Shown: in pieces, positions 58,292-64,000 of the stretch
Position numbering within the stretch: position 1 is the first letter of the stretch
How the letters are laid out: each line of letters opens with the position of its first letter
NCBI GenBank assembly: GCA_947652925.1
Contig: CANTEW010000009.1
Coordinates: 206 to 64,205, forward strand
DNA: 64,000 nucleotides
Direction of reading: 5' to 3'
Source: an uncultured Lachnospiraceae bacterium
GTDB lineage: Bacteria; Bacillota; Clostridia; Lachnospirales; Lachnospiraceae
Translations under genes and position numbers: made by a program
Notes under the pieces: generated by a model
The model's input: only the letters and a program-made list of their open reading frames with translations
Database searches by the model: none
What the model was told of the DNA's origin: nothing

Positions 58292-60309
58292 AAGAATACC
58301 TTTCCCGTATGTAATCCCTGTATCTCTACCATAGCCATGGCCTCCTCTGTCAGTCCTTCCATTTCCGGGATACCGCCTTCTACATTATCGGCGAGCCAAT
58401 CCATGCGGACGATATCGGCGGGAGAGAGCCCTTCTCTGTCCAGACACCGCAAAGATCCGCTCTGATCTTTCAGTTCCCCGGAAAAGATCTGGAAATCTTC
58501 TGAGACGATCTGCTGCTTTACGAGCTCTGCCAGCTGTCTGGTCTGGCGGGGCAGGGTCTTGGAATAGATGATATCGATCATGCCGGAGGAGATCCCCCAC
58601 CAGTAATTGATCGAATCCCCCAGCCGTTCCGGTGCCGTGTGGTCCCATCTCCCGTTGAGGATGGTCTGTACGATCCGCTGGTAGAATTTTCCCCAGTGCC
58701 AGATGGACGCGGCCAGGAGTAACGGTCTGCCCTCTTTTAACTCATACAGGCCGTAGGGCTCCCCGGATGTACGGGGCGAGATCGTGTCCCGTCCGGAAAC
58801 ATGGCTGGTATGGAGATCTTTGAAATATCGTTCCAACAGGGCGAAGGACTGTTCCGGTGTTTCGGCGCTCCAGCGTTTTTCCATGGACCAGACCAGATGG
58901 ATGCGGGCCTTGGGGTTGACCATCTTTACTCCCAGGGCAAAGGCATTGATCGCGGCGGGAGCGCCGAAGATAGGCGCATCGGCCACGTAACCGATCTGTC
59001 CGGTGTCCGTCAGGATCCCTGCCAGCATACCCACCAGGAATTTGGCCTCATAGAGCCGCCCGTAATAGGTGCGCAGATGTCCGCTGTAGGCATTGACGGA
59101 GCAGTTTAAGATCTTAAGTTTGGGATAGCGTACGGCGGCTTTGATGCTGGCTCCCAAAAATCGGGGCGAGGTGGTGAAGAGTACCTGGCAGCCCTCATTG
59201 ACAGCCTTCTCAATGAGGAGCAGGGCATCCTCGTCATTGACAGCGCCATCGTAGACAAGGGTCTCCACCCGGCTGCCCAGACTGTTTTCCAGATGCATGC
59301 GGCCCAAGTCATGGCTGTTGGTCCAGCCGGAAGTCTCTGCCGTCCTGTAATAGAGAAAACCGATCTTTAACCGGGATCCGGAGGGGAACAGTTTCTGCAG
59401 GAGTGCAGAAGACGCGCTCTGCAGGACAGCCGATGCATTCTGTATAGAGACAGAAGGTCCCGAAAGGGTCTCGGCCTTCGTTCCCCTGGCAGTCCGGGGC
59501 TTTAATACCAGATCCACCTGTCGGTCCACCTGCAGGGCTTCCAGCTCCATCCAGAGTTTGGCGACCTCTTCTTTCAATTCAGAGGACGATCTTAGCAGCA
59601 TGTCTTTGTAGCCATAGATATTCAGATAGGTGAGGAAGGCGTCGCCCACAGGGATGGGCAGTTTTCCCCCGCCTTTTTTTCGGAACGCTTCTTCAAAACG
59701 CAGCAGGCAGGAGCTGAAGATACTCCGCTCATCTTCATCCCAGGGGGTGGAAAAGTCTTTCCCCATAAGCGTACAGAGGCGTTTAAAATTTCCCTCCCGG
59801 CTGAAATAAATGGTATTGACGCCGCTTATCCGGTAGAAATCTGTAAATTCCTTGTAGATCCGGTATTCTTCTGTGTCGGCAGGGGCGGGCAGGACCCTGG
59901 TCACGTATCCGGAGACACTGACCGCGCCCGAGTATTTGAGGACGCTCACCCGTTTATTTCCCTCTATGATATAATAAGAATTCATAAATTCGCAGGCGAT
60001 CACCGGCTCCCGGATGCCTTCTTCCAGATGTGAGCGGTACAGAGAACACCACTTGGAGGCGAATTCTGTGTTCTCATCCAGGAGAGGCATGAAATTGGAG
60101 GCGAAAGCTTTGGTGCGTCCGGCAGTCTTTGTACCCCGGATCAGTCCTGCGGGGATATCGATGAGCCCCAGATCTGTCTCCCCGGCTGTGTCGGTGAAAG
60201 AGAGGAGTTCATCCAGGACCGGGAGATAGGGGTAGCTGTGGCGTCCCAGGTCCTGCCGATAGGCTTTGACGGCGGCTTTATGTGCTTTGATGTATTCAGA
60301 TATTGGCAT
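58288..60309 (-). CDS. Cytoplasmic fusion protein: ParB/sulfiredoxin-like N-domain + BMP (PnrA-like) nucleoside-binding-type domain
   Basis: 673 aa with no signal peptide. The N-terminal part has YYIIEGNKRVSVLKY. Residues ~310-560 look like BMP-family proteins (KIGFLYY...GWTNSH...EAKFLVGMLAGILTDTGQIGYVADAPIFGAPAAINAFALGVKMVNPKARI). Confidence 0.55.
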   Translation of the reverse strand: MPISEYIKAHKAAVKAYRQDLGRHSYPYLPVLDELLSFTDTAGETDLGLIDIPAGLIRGTKTAGRTKAFASNFMPLLDENTEFASKWCSLYRSHLEEGIREPVIACEFMNSYYIIEGNKRVSVLKYSGAVSVSGYVTRVLPAPADTEEYRIYKEFTDFYRISGVNTIYFSREGNFKRLCTLMGKDFSTPWDEDERSIFSSCLLRFEEAFRKKGGGKLPIPVGDAFLTYLNIYGYKDMLLRSSSELKEEVAKLWMELEALQVDRQVDLVLKPRTARGTKAETLSGPSVSIQNASAVLQSASSALLQKLFPSGSRLKIGFLYYRTAETSGWTNSHDLGRMHLENSLGSRVETLVYDGAVNDEDALLLIEKAVNEGCQVLFTTSPRFLGASIKAAVRYPKLKILNCSVNAYSGHLRTYYGRLYEAKFLVGMLAGILTDTGQIGYVADAPIFGAPAAINAFALGVKMVNPKARIHLVWSMEKRWSAETPEQSFALLERYFKDLHTSHVSGRDTISPRTSGEPYGLYELKEGRPLLLAASIWHWGKFYQRIVQTILNGRWDHTAPERLGDSINYWWGISSGMIDIIYSKTLPRQTRQLAELVKQQIVSEDFQIFSGELKDQSGSLRCLDREGLSPADIVRMDWLADNVEGGIPEMEGLTEEAMAMVEIQGLHTGKVFL

Positions 60310-60336
60310 AGATCAGGGTCCTTTCTAATAAACGGT

Positions 60337-61017
60337 CTAATAATCTTGTCCCACTAAGATCCCTTTGAGCGTCAGCCCGGATCTTCTGATCAGCCGGGCG
60401 GCCAGTTCAGAAGCGAGGCAGACCACAGTCTCTTCGTGGATGAAGTCGGTGATGTCGGCATCGAACAGGATATTGGCCTGTGCGTCAAATTCATCATCTC
60501 CGTCCCAGAAGAGGACTGTCAGAGGGATGCAGTCAAAAGCGTTGATGACAGAACCCACGTCCCCTTGGCGGACAGGCTGTCCATCCAGTTCCCTGCATGC
60601 CTGTTCCAGAAGGTCCGGATGGCCGGAGAAGGTCTCGGCTAAAGGTTTCAGGACAGTCCTCTGGAAAGCCGGGTCGAAAGGTGATGCGTTCTTTACCTGG
60701 CGGAATGGGACGAATGTACCGTTTATCTCTGCGCCCGGTCTGGAGTAGTGGAAGAGATGGTAGATACACATCAGCGTGTTAAATCTCAGACGTTCCTCCG
60801 GGTCATCGGTACTCGTGACCATACCGGTGCGCCGGTCTAGACGGTAACGTTCACAAAAGAAAGTGATATAAAGGGCATCTTCATCCGTCTCCAGATGAAA
60901 ACGCCGCACCAGGTCTTCCATATCCATTGCAAGGAAGATCTTCCGCCATTTCTCGCAGACCATGGCATAATTGTCCGTCCGTTCCCTGGCGTCTGTGTCC
61001 AGATAGCTCTCTCTCAT
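60337..61017 (-). CDS. DUF3786-family protein
   Basis: 226 aa. LYITFFCERYRLDRRTGMV and IPLTVLFWDGDDEFDAQANILFDADITDFIHEE fit the DUF3786 pattern. Confidence 0.55.
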   Translation of the reverse strand: MRESYLDTDARERTDNYAMVCEKWRKIFLAMDMEDLVRRFHLETDEDALYITFFCERYRLDRRTGMVTSTDDPEERLRFNTLMCIYHLFHYSRPGAEINGTFVPFRQVKNASPFDPAFQRTVLKPLAETFSGHPDLLEQACRELDGQPVRQGDVGSVINAFDCIPLTVLFWDGDDEFDAQANILFDADITDFIHEETVVCLASELAARLIRRSGLTLKGILVGQDY

Positions 61018-61153
61018 ATATCTTATTCCCCTTTTATCTTTATAATATTGATATATCGGTCTTGTATCATTTTAACAAATGGCCTATTATGTGTAAAGTC
61101 AAAAGTAGGGAAGATAGGGGTGAAATACGGTGGGTATGTGATATAATAGGGGC

Positions 61154-62032
61154 ATGACAACGATCTTATTAGGTCTTATTATAAGAAGGTCGGTAAGAAG
61201 AAGGGAGGTCTTAGGAGATTTGGTGGTAAAAGAGATCTTTGACTTTGATCTGGGCCAGATCAGCCGTTCCGGCCAGTGTTTCCGGATGCGGCAGATCTCT
61301 GAGGATACATATGCGCTGGTCGCATTCGGGAGGTATCTGGAAGTGGGGCAGCAGGGCACGCAGATCAGTTTTTCCTGTACAGAGAGTGGATTTGAGGATA
61401 TCTGGCGGGATTATTTTGATCTGGATACAGATTATAGGAGTATCAAGCAGGCGATCGATCCTGAGGATGCATATCTGCAGGCGGCGGCGCAGGCAGGGGG
61501 AGGGATACGCATCCTGCGGCAGGAGCTGTGGGAGACGATCGTGACCTTTATCATCTCCCAGAGGAACAACATCCCGCGGATACGAAAATGCGTGGATGCG
61601 CTGTGCCGGGAGTTCGGCGGGAAAGAGAGGGACTTTCGGGGCGATGCATACGATCTGTTCCCCACGCCCCAGGCTCTGGCGGATGCGACGGAAGAGTCCC
61701 TGCGGGGCTGCGGTCTGGGATACCGGGCGCCTTATATCAAGAAGACAGCGCATATGGTCACCAGCGGTGCGGTGGATCTGGACGGGTTCGCCGCCTTGGA
61801 GTATGGAGAGGCCAGGGAAAAGCTGCTCCAGTTGTGCGGGGTGGGGGAGAAAGTGGCGGACTGTATCAGTCTGTTCGCTCTCCATCATATAGATGCTTTT
61901 CCGGTGGATACCCATATCCAGGATATGCTGGTGCGCTATCCGGAAGGATTTCCTTTTGAGCGTTATAAAGGATCTGCAGGGATCCTGCAGCAATATGCAT
62001 TTTATTATGAACTATTTGGAACGGAGGGATAA
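61154..62032 (+). CDS. ogg: 8-oxoguanine DNA glycosylase / HhH-GPD base-excision enzyme
   Basis: It has the HhH-GPD motif LCGVGEKVADCISLFALHHIDAFPVDTHI, and the N-terminal part (FDFDLGQISRSGQCFRMRQ) is Ogg-like. The true start may be TTG 61220 or GTG 61223 after AGGAG. Confidence 0.75.
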   Translation: MTTILLGLIIRRSVRRREVLGDLVVKEIFDFDLGQISRSGQCFRMRQISEDTYALVAFGRYLEVGQQGTQISFSCTESGFEDIWRDYFDLDTDYRSIKQAIDPEDAYLQAAAQAGGGIRILRQELWETIVTFIISQRNNIPRIRKCVDALCREFGGKERDFRGDAYDLFPTPQALADATEESLRGCGLGYRAPYIKKTAHMVTSGAVDLDGFAALEYGEAREKLLQLCGVGEKVADCISLFALHHIDAFPVDTHIQDMLVRYPEGFPFERYKGSAGILQQYAFYYELFGTEG

Positions 62033-62037
62033 AACAG

Positions 62038-62439
62038 ATGGCAGTGGCAAGAGAAATGGTCTTATATTATAGTCCGGAGAAAACAGATAAGATCCGCATC
62101 CTGAAAAGTGTGCTGGTGCGCATGGGGATACGGATCAGGAACATCGGGCCGGAGCAGGCAGGCCAGAAAGTGGGATATCTGGCGGGGATCGAGGGTTTTG
62201 CGGAGCAGCCCGGGGAGCCGGGAGAGGATCTCCCGGTCATCCCGGAGGAGATGCTGGTGCTGCATGGGTTCAGCAGCAGCCGCTTGGACGAGCTGCTCAG
62301 ACAGCTCCGCAGAGCCGGGGCATCCGTGGCGTTAAAGGCGGTCCTCACAGAGAGTAACTGTGCGTGGAGTTTTCACCAGCTGTATGAGGAGATACGCGCC
62401 GAACATGAGATGATGACGGCGGGAAAGACGAAACATTGA
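62038..62439 (+). CDS. DUF3783-like protein
   Basis: 133 aa. The family assignment is from recalled pattern only (MVLYYSPEKTDKIRILKSVLVRMGIRIRNI). Confidence 0.4.
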   Translation: MAVAREMVLYYSPEKTDKIRILKSVLVRMGIRIRNIGPEQAGQKVGYLAGIEGFAEQPGEPGEDLPVIPEEMLVLHGFSSSRLDELLRQLRRAGASVALKAVLTESNCAWSFHQLYEEIRAEHEMMTAGKTKH

Positions 62440-62442
62440 TAC

Positions 62443-63657
62443 TCAAGCATTGAACACATAACGGTCCAAACGGTGGAATGCTTCCTGCACCCGGCTGTGG
62501 GGCAGCGCCAGGTTCATGCGGATCGCGCAGGGACCGTGGAAGATCCGGCCGTCCTGCCAGGCCACGCCCACATCCCAGCCGGCTTTCAGCAGTCCGTCGA
62601 GGGTCTGGCCATGCGCCCGGCACCATCCGTCACAGTCCAAAAACAGCATATACGTACCTTCCGGCTCACTCACCTGTACGCCTGGGAAACGATCGGTGAT
62701 GTACTGGCAGGCGAAGGCGGCATTCTCACTCAATACCTGGCATAACTCGTCCACCCATTCATGGCCTTCCGGTCGGTAGGCGCCGATCAGTGCGTGCATG
62801 GAGAGGACATTCATATTGTTATAATGGGATTTACTGCCCTTGGCACGTACACGGTCGCGCAGATACGTATCGTAAATGATGTGATAACTGCCGATCAGTC
62901 CGGCAAGGTTGAAGGTCTTACTGGGGGCGTACAGAGCGACTGTGCGTTTTTTGGCATCTTCGTTGATGGACTGGGTGGGTATATGCTTATGTCCGTTTAA
63001 GAGGATGTCTGACCAGATCTCGTCAGAGATCACGATACAGTCATTGCGGCGGTAGATCTCCATGGCCTGTTCGATCTCAGTACGCTCCCATACCCTGCCG
63101 CAGGGATTATGGGGACTGCAGAAGATCGCTGTATGGATATGCCCTTCTCTTAACCTGGCGTCCATATCCGCGTAGTCCATCCGCCAGATGCCGTCTTTAT
63201 CTTTTTTCAGGGGGCTGTGGACGATCTCATAGCCGTTCTCCTTAAGGCTGGCTGTGAATCCGATGTAGGCGGGGCTGTGCAGCAGTACCTTATCCCCAGG
63301 CGAGGCAAATGCCGTGAGAGCGGAGATCAGGCCGCCCAGGACGCCGTTTTCATAGCCGATACAGTCGGCTGTCAGGTCTTTGACCCCATTTCTTGTCTCA
63401 TGCCATTGGATGATGGCGTGATAATATTCCTCAGCGGGCATATAATAGCCGAATGCCGGGTGCCCGGCTCTCTCTATGATGGCTTCCTGGATGGTGGGGA
63501 CGGTGGGGAAATTCATATCGGCCACCCACATGGGGATGGGGTCAAAACCTTCTTTCGGCAGATCCGGGGCGGAACCCATGCCGCTCCCCAGGCTGTCTAT
63601 GGCCAGGGCATCTCTGCCGCGGCGGTCTATGATCGAAGTGAAATCATATCTCATCAT
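62443..63657 (-). CDS. patB: PLP-dependent C-S lyase of the MalY/PatB type (class I/II aminotransferase fold)
   Basis: 404 aa with DFTSIIDRRG...ALAID, MWVADMNFPT, SPHNPCGRVW and APSKTFNLAGL (PLP-Lys). Confidence 0.8.
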   Translation of the reverse strand: MMRYDFTSIIDRRGRDALAIDSLGSGMGSAPDLPKEGFDPIPMWVADMNFPTVPTIQEAIIERAGHPAFGYYMPAEEYYHAIIQWHETRNGVKDLTADCIGYENGVLGGLISALTAFASPGDKVLLHSPAYIGFTASLKENGYEIVHSPLKKDKDGIWRMDYADMDARLREGHIHTAIFCSPHNPCGRVWERTEIEQAMEIYRRNDCIVISDEIWSDILLNGHKHIPTQSINEDAKKRTVALYAPSKTFNLAGLIGSYHIIYDTYLRDRVRAKGSKSHYNNMNVLSMHALIGAYRPEGHEWVDELCQVLSENAAFACQYITDRFPGVQVSEPEGTYMLFLDCDGWCRAHGQTLDGLLKAGWDVGVAWQDGRIFHGPCAIRMNLALPHSRVQEAFHRLDRYVFNA

Positions 63658-63830
63658 TCTCTATCCTTTCTTTATAATGTCATATATGATTTTAACGATC
63701 ATATGCCGGGATGTCAATGTGCGCGCATGGGCGGGGAAAATGATCGTTGACAGTCCATATATGGATAACGTATAATCTAGCTAATATTTTAACTTTAATA
63801 AAGGCAGGAAAAAAGAAAGGGTCAAAGGTG

Positions 63831-64000
63831 ATGAAACAGTTTTTTGGCATGAGCCAGAACGGAAATTTAAAAGAGGCGGCCCGCGGATTGCATGATCCCC
63901 AATTGATCATGCTGTTCTCCAACAGCGGACAATTTGAAACCCATGTAAAAGAGCTGGCTCAACTTTATCCGCAAGTCCCCAGTATCGGATGCATCGGCAT
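63831..64000 (+). CDS. FIST-domain protein, N-terminal fragment (continues beyond the window)
   Basis: MKQFFGMSQNGNLKEAARGLHDPQLIMLFSNSGQFETHVKELAQLYPQVPSIGCIG resembles the FIST_N start (...P.LillFs.......l....P.vp.iGc...G). Confidence 0.45.
   Translation, partial: MKQFFGMSQNGNLKEAARGLHDPQLIMLFSNSGQFETHVKELAQLYPQVPSIGCIG

Overview
This is a 64-kb chromosomal segment of a spore-forming Firmicute. Gene content and synteny suggest class Clostridia, Lachnospiraceae-like, which is an inference. I call about 75 protein-coding genes and saw no rRNA, tRNA or CRISPR array by eye. Positions 1-12 kb hold the conserved block xseA-xseB-ispA-dxs-tlyA-nadK-argR-recN-spoIVB-spo0A, followed by glgA and two CotF-like genes. 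Positions 20-30.6 kb hold holB-ricT-methyltransferase-rsmI, an AI-2E transporter, gpr-spoIIP and a two-component system. The regions worth a second look are these. (i) 15.2-18.1 kb: three membrane proteins built by module swapping, from a tandem ~410-bp duplication that puts a kinase head or a zinc-ribbon head on the same membrane tail, next to an XRE-type gene. (ii) 30.7-32.7 kb: a MarR gene coupled to a Cys-rich miniprotein, and a CDF exporter behind a structured leader with an intrinsic terminator (candidate NiCo/czcD-type riboswitch). (iii) 36.1-42.1 kb: a tight seven-gene operon. It joins an HgdC-type ATPase and a Cys-rich 2-hydroxyacyl-CoA-dehydratase-family protein to a selenium/sulfur relay set (NifS-like, DUF3343-like, YedF-like) and a URO-D/MtaA-like protein. 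The LysR gene at its head carries one in-frame TAG. (iv) 43.1-49.4 kb: an ATPase-less cluster mixing a sugar-type ABC importer (760-aa lipoprotein) with an HlyD-like adaptor and an FtsX-like protein. (v) A family of ~160-bp MITE-like elements with GAGYGTGTTTGAAAAAT inverted ends and a CGTAGC/GCTACG core. There is one intact copy, a second family with different ends and the same core, and many decayed or solo-end copies at gene boundaries. I also see several gene relics: a frameshifted GNAT, an internally deleted isochorismatase-like ORF, an Rpn/YhgA-like C-terminal fragment and a PD-(D/E)XK-like scrap. All family assignments come from motif recognition in the supplied translations; no database search was possible.
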